Source: Escherichia phage vB-EcoP-XT32. Taken from it: DNA of 64,000 nt. The stretch lies in sequence record OR757435, one strand, 5' to 3'. The notes beneath the pieces are model-generated. The model ran no database searches and was not told the origin of the DNA. It saw only the letters and a list, made by a program, of their open reading frames with translations. Position 1 is the stretch's first letter, and every line of letters begins with the position of its first letter. A program made the translations under genes and the position numbers. Shown here one piece after another: positions 1 to 9,286 of the stretch.

Positions 1-246
1 GAAGTAGGCATACTTTGTTTCTTTGCCATCAGTAGCCATGACACGATTACCAGAAGTTGTTTCTACAAACAGAAGCCCATCTCTTACCATACCATGAGAT
101 TCTTTGATACCAGTTAAGCTATGCTCTTTAAGAGTGCATTGCTGAACACTCTGATACTTAACCCCAATCTCTGCACTATTAACAGAGATGATACCAATGG
201 TTGTCATTAGTAGTAAGGTTGAGATGATAAAATGCTTTTGTTTCAC
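1..246 (-). CDS. exported protein, 3' end truncated by window edge
   Basis: Frame open from window start to GTG at 246 (in-frame ATG at 207), GAGG upstream; N-terminus KQKHFIISTLLLMTTIGIISVNSA looks like a Sec signal peptide; not in ORF track because partial. Confidence 0.35.
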   Translation of the reverse strand, partial: MKQKHFIISTLLLMTTIGIISVNSAEIGVKYQSVQQCTLKEHSLTGIKESHGMVRDGLLFVETTSGNRVMATDGKETKYAYF

Positions 247-264
247 ATTAACCTCTGAATTTGT

Positions 265-474
265 TTAACTGAAGATACGCAAGGCCACATCATGACCTAT
301 ATGACCGGGGACTTTATGCTGTTCTATTTTCAAACAGCGTTTACAGACACGAGATACACGAGACTCTTTCGCTTCAACTGGAGTGTCTTTAGCGTGAGTG
401 ATATGTAAGTTTTCAGTGATCACCCACTCATGTTTACATCCAGAATCTTCGGGCTTTTTCTTACGAAAGAACAT
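265..474 (-). CDS. hypothetical small Cys/His-rich protein
   Basis: 69-aa ORF; CxH...CxxC spacing suggests a zinc-binding fold. Confidence 0.4.
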   Translation of the reverse strand: MFFRKKKPEDSGCKHEWVITENLHITHAKDTPVEAKESRVSRVCKRCLKIEQHKVPGHIGHDVALRIFS

Positions 475-649
475 AACACCTCTTAGATCATATCCCGCTT
501 AGTGATATGACCACATGTTTTACATCGAAGTATGTAACGAGTTCCGGTACTTTCCAGTTTACCAAACTCATTGTATGTATTTAAACTAACCGCTTTGATT
601 GTCTCCCACTCATGGAGATGGAAGAGATATTTAAACCACTTGAACATAA

Positions 650-883
650 TTATACCACCTCAACGAGAGATGTTTTCCACCCAAACAGAGGTCCATTATC
701 ATTAAGATAAACAGCCCCTCCAGTCTCGAATGGAGTTCCATAAGGGAGTGCCCAAGCATACCCACGAATTTCTGGCTTATGAGTAAACCCATACACTTCG
801 CCGTTGCTATCAGTTGCTAAATATCTTATAGAGTTACCTATTTTAATAACTTCACCAAAATATTTAACCTCTTTAGTCTTCAC
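650..883 (-). CDS. hypothetical protein, repeat-containing (paralog of 891..1142)
   Basis: GTG at 883 preceded by GAGG that overlaps the stop of the upstream gene; N-terminal part of the longer track ORF 650..1057 is low-complexity and overlaps the neighbour; shares a RY[IL]A.D..G.V.....KP motif with 891..1142. Confidence 0.3.
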   Translation of the reverse strand: MKTKEVKYFGEVIKIGNSIRYLATDSNGEVYGFTHKPEIRGYAWALPYGTPFETGGAVYLNDNGPLFGWKTSLVEVV

Positions 884-890
884 CAGAACC

Positions 891-1142
891 TCAAACACAA
901 GCAGGGAGAGTAATGATTTTATACTGACCTTCAAACTCTCCAAATAAACCCAAGAATGTAGGACTGTAAGTACCAGTACAAACAAACTCGTCAAACAATG
1001 CGTTATAGCTAGGCTTAATCTTCCAAGCCCATACATAACCCATCTTGTCAATTGCAATGTAACGAGTGTTCAGAGGAACAGTCATCATCACATCACTAAC
1101 TGCGATCGCTTTAGTTATTGGTGCAGCTTGGAAGTTTTTCAT
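891..1142 (-). CDS. hypothetical protein, repeat-containing
   Basis: 83-aa ORF; motif RYIAIDKMGYVWAWKIKP echoed in the downstream ORF. Confidence 0.4.
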   Translation of the reverse strand: MKNFQAAPITKAIAVSDVMMTVPLNTRYIAIDKMGYVWAWKIKPSYNALFDEFVCTGTYSPTFLGLFGEFEGQYKIITLPACV

Positions 1143-1363
1143 CCTACTCTCCTAACATTTAGGGTAGCTTGATAGTATTTGACAGGGCAAGTTCTATCAA
1201 AGGTGAATCTTGTTTCAGGATTCTTTATACAGATAGCATGTCTGTGCATAACCTTCATGTATAAAGGAGGTTTTGTATCCCCGTCTATTTCTAGAGAGAA
1301 TACATCACCATTACGTAGACTACCAAAAGTATTATCTTTAGGTTCAGAGTGGACGATAATCAT
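1139..1363 (-). CDS. hypothetical small protein (GDVF-motif family)
   Basis: 74-aa ORF, ATGA overlap with neighbour; NGDVFSLE motif shared with 2118..2336 and 2337..2594. Confidence 0.45.
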   Translation of the reverse strand: MIIVHSEPKDNTFGSLRNGDVFSLEIDGDTKPPLYMKVMHRHAICIKNPETRFTFDRTCPVKYYQATLNVRRVG

Positions 1364-1371
1364 ACTTTACC

Positions 1372-1536
1372 TTTGATAAAAATATCATTACCACAGACAC
1401 AGCATGAACGAACAACAGTAGCGCCACGCTGAACGATACGAACCTCTTCCTTAACCAGATTAACACGAGCACCACAGCAAGGAGAGTTAACATAAGAGTA
1501 ACCAGCTTGTGTATTCTTGATTGTTTGCTTAGACAT
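1372..1536 (-). CDS. hypothetical zinc-ribbon-like small protein (54 aa)
   Basis: ATG at 1536 with GAGGAAG RBS; protein MSKQTIKNTQAGYSYVNSPCCGARV...SCCVCGN has paired Cys motifs; below ORF-track length cutoff. Confidence 0.4.
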
Positions 1537-1587
1537 TTGAGCTTCCTCTTGTTAGTTTAAGTAAGAGTTGTCCCTTAATTAAAACAA

Positions 1588-1620
1588 CAAAGGCCGCCCG
1601 AAGGCAGCCTTTTATTTATT
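1588..1620. terminator. hairpin flanked by T-tracts on both strands (bidirectional terminator candidate)
   Basis: aaAGGCCGCCcgaaGGCAGCCTtt stem-loop followed by TTTATTTATT on plus and TTGTTGTTTT on minus. Confidence 0.45.
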
Positions 1621-1759
1621 AACTGTTATATGTCCAATTACCTTGCTTGTTACGAATAGCCGACATTGCATGAACCCAGAAGCCTTCCAGTTTCAGAGCA
1701 CCGTTAGCTACTGCATCCATACGCTCAGGGCGGTTCATACGTTTGGTTGATACTTTCAT
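1619..1759 (-). CDS. hypothetical small protein (46 aa)
   Basis: ATG at 1759 to TAA at 1619; weak RBS; below ORF-track cutoff. Confidence 0.25.
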   Translation of the reverse strand: MKVSTKRMNRPERMDAVANGALKLEGFWVHAMSAIRNKQGNWTYNS

Positions 1760-2117
1760 ACCTATCTCTCTTTGTTAGTGGAGGCATTATTGCCAGTTGA
1801 TATAAGGGATAGCCCTAGTCAGTAGACTAATCCTGACCGCGTACTCATTGCCGACCTTCTCTGCCTAAGAGTTCAGGTTCTAGAGCTATCTCTTATTCCA
1901 ACTGGTGAAGACTCCCTACCCCTAGGAAGTCTCCTGAATCCCAAACCAATACGTACCCCTACATACCGGAAAGTCTTTCGAAAATTAACAGGTTTTAGTC
2001 TAGCACCGGATGTTTGAGCAAGCTCTCCCTAGCGGTGTGGCATATGCCTGAATTAATAAGTTAATGAGGAACACCCTCACATAGCCCTCTGGTAAACACA
2101 AGGGCTATAAGTCGGTG

Positions 2118-2336
2118 TTACTTTTGGGATAAACACAGATCAGGACGTGGCATAATAGTGGTTGATAGACCGAAGACTTCAACATAACCACTGCTCAAGT
2201 TAGCAGCCTTACACAAACCATCAAGGGTTTTATCTTCTAGCATCAGCCAGAAACGTTTATCGTAAGAGAAAACATCACCACCCTTAACGTCTTCTGCATT
2301 TGCATATTTAGGATAATCAACCACTTTAATTTCCAT
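2118..2336 (-). CDS. hypothetical small protein (GDVF-motif family)
   Basis: 72-aa ORF; motif KGGDVFSYD. Confidence 0.45.
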   Translation of the reverse strand: MEIKVVDYPKYANAEDVKGGDVFSYDKRFWLMLEDKTLDGLCKAANLSSGYVEVFGLSTTIMPRPDLCLSQK

Positions 2337-2594
2337 TCACTTACCTTTATTAGTAATTACTGCATCTGGGATAAGGATTACAGGAAGTTTTGAATTGAGC
2401 TTCATAACCTGATTAGTTCTTAAACCAAGCACAACTGTTCCAGAATCTTTCCTGTTCGACTCGGTTACGTGTGGAGTGAATAAACTAACAACCAAATAAT
2501 GATCGACGCGTGTAGCTTTAACTTGGAACACATCTCCAAGCTTTAAATCACCCACTGTAAGGTCTGGGTCTTTTAATTCAAGATCAATCTTCAT
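2337..2594 (-). CDS. hypothetical small protein (GDVF-motif family)
   Basis: 85-aa ORF immediately abutting 2118..2336; motif KLGDVFQVK. Confidence 0.45.
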   Translation of the reverse strand: MKIDLELKDPDLTVGDLKLGDVFQVKATRVDHYLVVSLFTPHVTESNRKDSGTVVLGLRTNQVMKLNSKLPVILIPDAVITNKGK

Positions 2595-2841
2595 CTTTAG
2601 CCTCGATGTTAGTTATGTGGAGATCATTGCGCACTTGGCAGACTTCGTTTTTGCTGATAACAATAAGCTCTCCAGAAACCACGTTAACACAATTGACGTG
2701 ATAGTCAGTTGTTAATCCGGTTCTGATATAGAGAGAACCTTTAAAATGAAACAGAGCACCCGGCCTCATGTTATTTAAACGAAGTGTAGTATGATCAGGC
2801 TTAATATTAACTTTCACTGTTAATCTCCTGCTGTTTAGCAA
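2584..2841 (-). CDS. hypothetical small protein (distant member of GDVF family)
   Basis: 85-aa ORF; motif RPGALFHFK at the equivalent position. Confidence 0.4.
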   Translation of the reverse strand: MLNSRRLTVKVNIKPDHTTLRLNNMRPGALFHFKGSLYIRTGLTTDYHVNCVNVVSGELIVISKNEVCQVRNDLHITNIEAKDED

Positions 2842-3103
2842 TAGCTACTCGCAAGTCTTCATTAGCACGAGCAAGGCGCAATACTTCATGGTTGAGATTC
2901 TGAAGACGCTTGTTTCTGTCCTCTACTTGCATAATAAGATCATTAAGCGTTGCTTTAACTTTCTCATTATACATCTCATCCACTCGGACTAGAGATCTAT
3001 ACATTCTCTCCCAGCTTGCTGCTTTGTTTCTGAGAACAATAAATCCTATAACGCTGATAGTTAAACAGCTTACAAAAAGGAATTTATATACTTCTAAAGT
3101 CAT
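2807..3103 (-). CDS. hypothetical membrane-anchored coiled-coil protein
   Basis: 98-aa ORF; hydrophobic N-terminus (FLFVSCLTISVIGFIVL) then charged helical region. Confidence 0.45.
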   Translation of the reverse strand: MTLEVYKFLFVSCLTISVIGFIVLRNKAASWERMYRSLVRVDEMYNEKVKATLNDLIMQVEDRNKRLQNLNHEVLRLARANEDLRVAIAKQQEINSES

Positions 3104-3302
3104 ATTATTTACCCTTTATCAGAGATTAAAAGTAATATTATTTAAGTAAGTTATATTTAGTAAACTTATTTTCTAAGAAATTTTCAAAGGGTCTATATAC
3201 AGAGCATTACCCATAGTCCCAGAATACTACCATCTTTTTCAATAAATTTACTAAGTGGTTGGTTTATAAAGGAATTTAGTTTGTCAAATCTGGCACTAGT
3301 GA

Positions 3303-3692
3303 TTATTCCCTAGAGCTATTATCGAACACTAAATCACCACAATACATAGGATTGGCATACCATTTTGGCACCCCTTCGCTCTTACTCTGAAAGTAAGTCC
3401 CACTATACAGAGGAACATAATTCTTCTTAAGGGCACGTTTAGCAAGTCGCTCGCTTTCTCCAATGGTTTGCCTAGTCATCGGATTTTTATCACGAACCAG
3501 CTTTACATAACGTTTATAAGGTTTCTCCTGTTTTAATAGTACCGGAATCCACTCAAACTGGTTCTTTTGTCTTATCACCTGTTCAGCGGTCAGTTTTCGT
3601 TGAGCCATTCTATTTATCACGGTATCCGCAACCATAGCTTTACATGCGGTTGGCTGGTCCCCTGCCTCATAATAAATAGTCAATGTCAACAT
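3303..3692 (-). CDS. cell-wall hydrolase, SleB/Hydrolase_2-like
   Basis: IYYEAG...CKAMVADTVINRM, QFEWI and YFQS...WYANP resemble the SleB-type hydrolase signature (IYGEARGE...VA.VI.NR ... QF ... YF.NP). Confidence 0.55.
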   Translation of the reverse strand: MLTLTIYYEAGDQPTACKAMVADTVINRMAQRKLTAEQVIRQKNQFEWIPVLLKQEKPYKRYVKLVRDKNPMTRQTIGESERLAKRALKKNYVPLYSGTYFQSKSEGVPKWYANPMYCGDLVFDNSSRE

Positions 3693-3740
3693 TAGCTGGG
3701 CCGTTGTTATCAGAACTTGCTACCTCCTGTTTTACGGGCA

Positions 3741-3770
3741 TAAAAAAGCCCCAGCCGTAGCCGGGGCAAA
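3741..3770 (-). terminator. rho-independent terminator (minus strand)
   Basis: Minus-strand RNA GCCCCGGC-uacg-GCUGGGGC (8-bp stem with one G-U) followed by UUUUUA. Confidence 0.6.
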
Positions 3771-3932
3771 CCTGAAAGCAATACATGACTATTGCAGTAA
3801 AAACACTCGTAAATGCGCTTACGGCAACGACAAAAGCCGCTCAAAGGCGGCTATGCGGAAGCTTCAAATGGGGAGAAGGCACGACGCGATAGAAAGAGCG
3901 TCATAGTACTAAAAGAGGGGACTATATTCCTA

Positions 3933-4376
3933 CTACTTAACCCTTGCCTCTTTGATGGGGTCAATGTATTTTTCAACTCCCCATTTGTGTTTGCTATCTG
4001 CGTAGAATACATCAGGTGCACACTGACTTGTCTTAGGAAAAGCCTGCGGGTCTTTCGTGCTACCTTTAAATTTCTGTTTACCACGGGTGCGACCATTACA
4101 GAAGATTTCTAACTTCTTCTCCTCTTCTGTTTTAGCTCCCCCGCTCTGTAATAAAGAACGTTTGTGATCGGCTAACAATAACGCATCAGCACGATGGACG
4201 CGATGGCCTACACGTTTTGCCACACTAGAAGGGATATGAGATTCAGCTTCAGCCTTTGCAGCACGACGTTTTAAACTGCGCTTACTGACGTGATTGGTTG
4301 CCTTCGGCTTCTCTTTCTCCAGTTCAGAGATAGAAAAACAACGCCCGCCCTTCATGCTGATTTTAGATTTAGCCAC
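3933..4376 (-). CDS. hypothetical basic protein
   Basis: 147-aa Lys/Arg-rich ORF; no confident motif. Confidence 0.4.
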   Translation of the reverse strand: MAKSKISMKGGRCFSISELEKEKPKATNHVSKRSLKRRAAKAEAESHIPSSVAKRVGHRVHRADALLLADHKRSLLQSGGAKTEEEKKLEIFCNGRTRGKQKFKGSTKDPQAFPKTSQCAPDVFYADSKHKWGVEKYIDPIKEARVK

Positions 4377-4445
4377 AATCTTATTCCTTTCAGTGATAAG
4401 TTATATCGGGCAAGCCCATCAAGTCGATAGGCTTGAACAAATAAC

Positions 4446-4655
4446 TTAATCGAGTAAACTAAATGACTTCCAACTGCGTAGCAGGATTGTACCGTCATCC
4501 ATAGCTACACATAATTTTAGTAGTTTCTTATTGGCACTACTCACCGTTGTAATTCTTCCGGTTGTACATTTACCTTTGTTGCTATAAAGATATACTACAC
4601 GACGGCCTAACAAGCGGGAAGGTGCTTTCTTAAATTCTGAAATGTTAGTGATCAT
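4446..4655 (-). CDS. hypothetical protein
   Basis: 69-aa ORF; ATGA start/stop overlap with upstream gene. Confidence 0.4.
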   Translation of the reverse strand: MITNISEFKKAPSRLLGRRVVYLYSNKGKCTTGRITTVSSANKKLLKLCVAMDDGTILLRSWKSFSLLD

Positions 4656-4876
4656 AATGCTTGATACCTTTGAATGTGTTCAATACGGGTGGATTGAGCA
4701 AATGATGCTTTAACAGCCATTTTTCTAACTTCTTCTTTACGCTGATTAGTGTGTACAGTATCCCAATGATTGTTATCACGTTGACGCTGTAATATCTTAC
4801 TACATTTTCGATGATTTCCCGTGCTGCGATGTTTCTCACAAATAGGACACTTGCCAAAATTGCTACTGAATATCAT
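4652..4876 (-). CDS. hypothetical Cys-containing small protein
   Basis: 74-aa ORF, CPICEKH...C motif; ATGA overlaps on both sides. Confidence 0.4.
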   Translation of the reverse strand: MIFSSNFGKCPICEKHRSTGNHRKCSKILQRQRDNNHWDTVHTNQRKEEVRKMAVKASFAQSTRIEHIQRYQAL

Positions 4877-5100
4877 TTTCTTAATCCCAGCTTTCTTAAG
4901 ATACGGCCTAACGTTGTTTCTTGCGTGATAACATAACTAACAGCGTCACGTTCCAACGTTTCAATCTTCATTGGCGACGGATACCATTCACCGGTAATAA
5001 CACATTTACATTCAACGCCATACTTTTTAGATAGGCGGTAATGTTGACCGTTGACAAGATTCCTATAAATCGTGGTATGCGTAATTAACATGATCATCAC
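4873..5100 (-). CDS. hypothetical protein
   Basis: 75-aa ORF; translationally coupled to downstream gene. Confidence 0.4.
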   Translation of the reverse strand: MMIMLITHTTIYRNLVNGQHYRLSKKYGVECKCVITGEWYPSPMKIETLERDAVSYVITQETTLGRILRKLGLRK

Positions 5101-5152
5101 CTTTGATTAGATTCTTTGATTAATGCACTGAATCAATGCACTGATAAAAGAA

Positions 5153-5180
5153 AAGGCGCTACCCGTTAAGATAGCGCCTT
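5153..5180 (-). terminator. rho-independent terminator
   Basis: Perfect 9-bp stem AAGGCGCTA/TAGCGCCTT with 10-nt loop, T-rich tracts on both sides; sits just downstream of 5203..6102. Confidence 0.6.
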
Positions 5181-5202
5181 ATGTTTATTTAGATTGTCTT
5201 AC

Positions 5203-6102
5203 TTATGCCGCCTGACGTGCCGCCATAATCTCAGCCGCTTTACGCAATACTTCTTCCTCTTCTTCTTTCGCAGCTTGTTCGGTACGGATTGCAACTGTTG
5301 AAGAGATACGACCGCGCAGATTATCCAATTTTTCCTGCATTTTTGCGATGGTTGATTCCATTTCATCGGCATATGAATCAAGTGATTCCAGCTCCTTGCT
5401 TGATGCGTTCATCAGATAGTCGACAGAGATCGCTCCCGTTGAAGCCGTGACTTTCTTGATGAGTGAATCAAAGGACTTTTTAACTTTCCCCACTTCTTCA
5501 CTCAAGGCAATAGTATTATCACTGGTAGCGCCGTTGCGCTCATCAGCCAGCAATTTGGCTTCAATACGGATTGCATTCAAGCGTTCAACTAAGGCGTAAA
5601 TATCTTGGTTAAAATCTTCCTTATTTTTCGCCGGGATTTGAAGGTGGGCCGCCACGTTGTCATTGCAACCTTTGTAAAAGTTAGGATTATCGACTTCAAT
5701 TTCACGACCGAGGGCAAAATTTTCGAAAGCATTTGACCAGCGAGCGCGGTTTTGTTCCATTTTGGCCTTAATTTGCGCTTCTTTCGCATCTTCTTTCGCT
5801 TTCGCTTCACCTTCCAGATTAATCCACTTCTTACGCCCATTTGCCGCATCGGTGTTAAACTTGATCGGAGTCAGGAAAGTAATTGCAGTGGCAATCACAT
5901 CCATATCGCGGAAACGTTCGGTTAACAGAAAATCGACCGCCGCCTGCAATACGTCCAGCTTTTTACCATTGCTACGGAAGTGCTGCAAGTGCCCTAACAG
6001 AAAATTAGAAACATCTTGTTTGATCGCCGCGTTATTGCTGCGAATGTTGTTAGCCAGTGCGTTAAAACCAGATTCTTTAACCAGATTAAAAATTTTAGCC
6101 AT
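5203..6102 (-). CDS. hypothetical protein (299 aa), helical and charged
   Basis: Long ORF; start moved from GTG 6111 to ATG 6102 with AGGTGA RBS; no recognisable catalytic motif. Confidence 0.55.
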   Translation of the reverse strand: MAKIFNLVKESGFNALANNIRSNNAAIKQDVSNFLLGHLQHFRSNGKKLDVLQAAVDFLLTERFRDMDVIATAITFLTPIKFNTDAANGRKKWINLEGEAKAKEDAKEAQIKAKMEQNRARWSNAFENFALGREIEVDNPNFYKGCNDNVAAHLQIPAKNKEDFNQDIYALVERLNAIRIEAKLLADERNGATSDNTIALSEEVGKVKKSFDSLIKKVTASTGAISVDYLMNASSKELESLDSYADEMESTIAKMQEKLDNLRGRISSTVAIRTEQAAKEEEEEVLRKAAEIMAARQAA

Positions 6103-6203
6103 GATATTCACCTTTCAATTGTAAGGGCACTATGCCCCGCTCTCTATGAGCTTTTTAAGTCGCCATTGACTTATCGATAATCACTCATTGTTAAGTAATT
6201 ATT

Positions 6204-6251
6204 GATAAGGGGGGCGGTCTTGTCAGGAGTTAACCTTGCCGCCCCCTTATC
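6204..6251. other. long inverted repeat / stem-loop
   Basis: GATAAGGGGGGCGG (6204-6217) pairs with CCGCCCCCTTATC (6239-6251) around a 21-nt loop; not followed by a T-tract. Confidence 0.5.
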
Positions 6252-6924
6252 CGTGGTGTTTCAACTGGTATCTTTAATTAGTCGCTATAAACCAAGCCGA
6301 CCTGATAGCGATGATCAATCACCACAATAAGGCAGTGCGTCCGACTCTAATTAGTTACATTGATGTAACCGTCGGCAATATCGTTTACTTTGCTTTCGCT
6401 CCCGCCTATCCTTTTATATCAGCTCTCTTTCGCTAGTCATCGCCCACTATGGGATACTATTGCGAAAGAGTCACTAACCGCCTATTATTCCGGCGTTTTA
6501 TATCTTTCGGCGAGTTTACTACATAAACCGACTATGTACTTTCATCATAAGACGAATCTCAAGCCGTTCGCATCGTAAACGTTCACACTAAACCTTATTG
6601 TTAAATAGCAATTTGCTACCCTTTAACCATCCCCCGCCGCTCTCAATTGAGCGTTATTTCGTCGGACTTGTCTGCCCTGATTAACTTATTTCACTGTAGC
6701 ACCGTGTTAGCGATGGCCGCCGCTACCCTTAACCGTGGGCGATTAGCTTAAACCGTTGCGTGTACTCAATGAATCCGCTTATCAGTGGTGACGTTTCCAG
6801 TTAAGGGATTGTAAAACTGTTTACCCTGATGGTTTAGGGAGTTTTACGCCGTTTTATCTGGTATGCTTTCCGATGGTTATTATCTTCCAGCATATTTAAC
6901 CGATATATGGGGACGTTTAAATTA

Positions 6925-7558
6925 TTAAAGAGCGGTAAATCTGTCAGCGTGCTTTCTCACGCTACGCAACTGTAAGCCGTTGTTTCGCTTTTCACTGAAG
7001 CGGTGATTTGCCTAGTGAGTACGCTCATTATGGACCATGATGTTTTTGCTGTCAACCGCTTTTTTAATCTTTTTCGTCGTTCCCGCTATTGGGAGGATAT
7101 ATCAACCAGCTTTATTTGATTGAAGATTAAGCGATAAGGCTTAAACTTATGATCCATATTGTTAAAGAGCGTTTTTAGCCTTTTATAGTGTCTGCTAATC
7201 ACTGCATCATTAAAGGCTTACTTATTCATTAACGGGGCGCCTACTCCCGAACTACTCGCTGCACTATGTGCCACCTTTCCCGCGATACGTTGACTTGGGA
7301 ACTAGTTAACGTTGTTTTGTTAACTTGTGGTTAGTATGAACTACCTTAACCACGTTTGCAACCTCTTTTTTATCATCTTCTTTTATTCTTTTCCCTTATC
7401 TCGCTTGAATCTATGCGAAAGGGCAAGATGATAAGTTTTTAAAGAGCGGGGATGTTTCACGTCATCGCTGACTTATGCTCATTATAGGTTAGGCTTTCCA
7501 GTTGTCAAATACTTTTTCAAGTATTTTTTCACTTTCTAGCCTGATTTTTAAAGAGCGG
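6925..7558. repeat. four dispersed copies of TTAAAGAGCG(G) in an ORF-free region
   Basis: Copies at 6925, 7162, 7439 and 7548; two share the longer TTTTTAAAGAGCGGGG. Confidence 0.5.
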
Positions 7559-7844
7559 GGCAATTTCTTGCCTTGTATGTTTTTCATCGTACCCGATGAA
7601 TTGAAGTATACGCCAACCAGTGAGTAATGCAATAGGGCAAAGCAAATTATTTTAAACTTTTTCGTAGAGGAGTAGGTAAAGGAACGCGCACGCGAATAAC
7701 ATACTAAAACAGGCTTGTAAAGCACTATTTGACGCTCTCAGACGCATCACAATGAGCTAAAGGAGGGTAAGGAATACAATCACCTTAGAAATGAGAAAAG
7801 CCTCACTAGGAGGCTTATAGGAAGGATTTAGAGCATCAGATAGA

Positions 7845-8168
7845 CTATCGGCACATACCGGAAAGCACAGGATTACCATTAAGATTAGATTCCGCATCTC
7901 GATAATAGATAATGGCAACCGTTTTCCCATCTTCCGTAGGAACAACCCGAAGAATTGAACCATCTTTCCGGTTATCATAGATTACAGCCTTTAAGCCATT
8001 TTCTAAAGTGATAACCTCAGTAGCGGACCAAGTCTTACCTAAAGCGGTGAGATTTTTAGCACCATTAGAGGCTGTGACCACTCCAATGCTTCCGCATTTC
8101 ATGTATGCGCTAGCACTACCAGCAAACAAAGACAAACCAACAGCCAAGCCAACGATTAACTTCTTCAT
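7845..8168 (-). CDS. exported protein (signal peptide)
   Basis: MKKLIVGLAVGLSLFAGSASA N-terminus; AGGAG RBS. Confidence 0.5.
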   Translation of the reverse strand: MKKLIVGLAVGLSLFAGSASAYMKCGSIGVVTASNGAKNLTALGKTWSATEVITLENGLKAVIYDNRKDGSILRVVPTEDGKTVAIIYYRDAESNLNGNPVLSGMCR

Positions 8169-8247
8169 TTTTAAACTCCTAACATTATGACAGCATAGAA
8201 AAGGCCCATTGCACCGACAATGGTCAAAAAGAACAGGCCCACAAGGA

Positions 8248-8622
8248 TTAAGGATTTACACACTGACCGTTACCGGATTCTACTTCATTCATAGACTCGT
8301 CAAAGAGCGTCAACGACGAGCGCATCAAGTGATCGACCGTGATTTGTTTGCCAGTGGTTTCATTCACTAGCTGAATAGTCTTAGCGTATGATTGTACATG
8401 CTCGAAATCATTTACATGTAAAATAATAACCTTAGGTGACTTTTTACCAGTCGAATAGTTTTCTACAAGGTAGGTACATTGCAAGCCGTCAACCGTAGCA
8501 GGGGAAAATGTTGCAGCCTTAACGCTACCCATAGCTGATAGCAGGACACCCAACAGAAGAACAACCAGAAAAAAGCCTACAACCGTTTTAACGACGAATT
8601 TAATAAACCACATAGTAATCAA
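8248..8622 (-). CDS. membrane-anchored protein
   Basis: N-terminal hydrophobic segment VVGFFLVVLLLGVLLSAMG followed by a soluble domain. Confidence 0.45.
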   Translation of the reverse strand: MITMWFIKFVVKTVVGFFLVVLLLGVLLSAMGSVKAATFSPATVDGLQCTYLVENYSTGKKSPKVIILHVNDFEHVQSYAKTIQLVNETTGKQITVDHLMRSSLTLFDESMNEVESGNGQCVNP

Positions 8623-8802
8623 CCTTCAATAATAAGTTTAAGAATATCGAAAGCGGCAACAATCAATAAATAGTTTAAAGAAATGAAGCCAACGACAAAC
8701 AAAAACAGAAATAACACAACCGGACCTCAAAGGATGTAAGAATAAAGCATATCAGCGACGAATGACGCCACTGTAACAACGAATAAGCACCGCCAAAAAT
8801 AG

Positions 8803-9075
8803 TCATGAATCATCACTGTTACCCTCACCAAAAACTGCTACGCTAAGTAGTTCGATCTCTTCCAGAGAAAGGAGAATCCCACGTTGCGCCAGATACTGAC
8901 CTGCTATAACGTCATCCATGATTAGAGCAACGGCAGGAAATTCAACCGCATTAGTCTTATCGCCACTAGTAAACAGGATTAAACACATGTCAGAGTTATC
9001 AGTGTATGAGAAATCAATCTCACCATAGTTATGAGTCGGGATGGTAAAGCTGTACTCTTTAGCCATTAAGACCAC
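8803..9075 (-). CDS. hypothetical protein
   Basis: 90-aa ORF in the co-directional gene array. Confidence 0.4.
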   Translation of the reverse strand: MVLMAKEYSFTIPTHNYGEIDFSYTDNSDMCLILFTSGDKTNAVEFPAVALIMDDVIAGQYLAQRGILLSLEEIELLSVAVFGEGNSDDS

Positions 9076-9275
9076 TCCTTATTGTATTTGAGCATAGATA
9101 CATATTCAGGGCCGGATAAAGTGCCGCCTAAATAAGCAACCGTAATTCGTGCGCTAAATTCCGAAAGGTTGCACAATATGGCAAGCGGTACACGACTTTC
9201 ACCGCGACTACTTGCAACTGACACAACATTATCAAAGATAGTTACGCTATCATTAACAACAACGCCATTGACCAT
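9066..9275 (-). CDS. hypothetical protein
   Basis: 69-aa ORF, short overlap with neighbour. Confidence 0.35.
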   Translation of the reverse strand: MVNGVVVNDSVTIFDNVVSVASSRGESRVPLAILCNLSEFSARITVAYLGGTLSGPEYVSMLKYNKEWS

Positions 9276-9286
9276 GAATCAATCCC

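Noticed and set aside
3813-4112. Plus-strand 99-aa ORF and minus-strand 81-aa ORF overlapping 3933..4376
   Set aside because: Overlap the longer co-directional gene; the plus-strand one runs against the block orientation and across a minus-strand terminator.
6390-6578. 62-aa plus-strand ORF in the ORF-free region
   Set aside because: Opposite to the local transcription direction, no RBS, barely above the length cutoff; treated as non-coding.
7489-7978. Track ORFs 7489..7725 and 7757..7978 (minus)
   Set aside because: The first overlaps TTAAAGAGCGG copies and is hydrophobic low-complexity; the second lies mostly inside the better-supported signal-peptide gene 7845..8168 in another frame.
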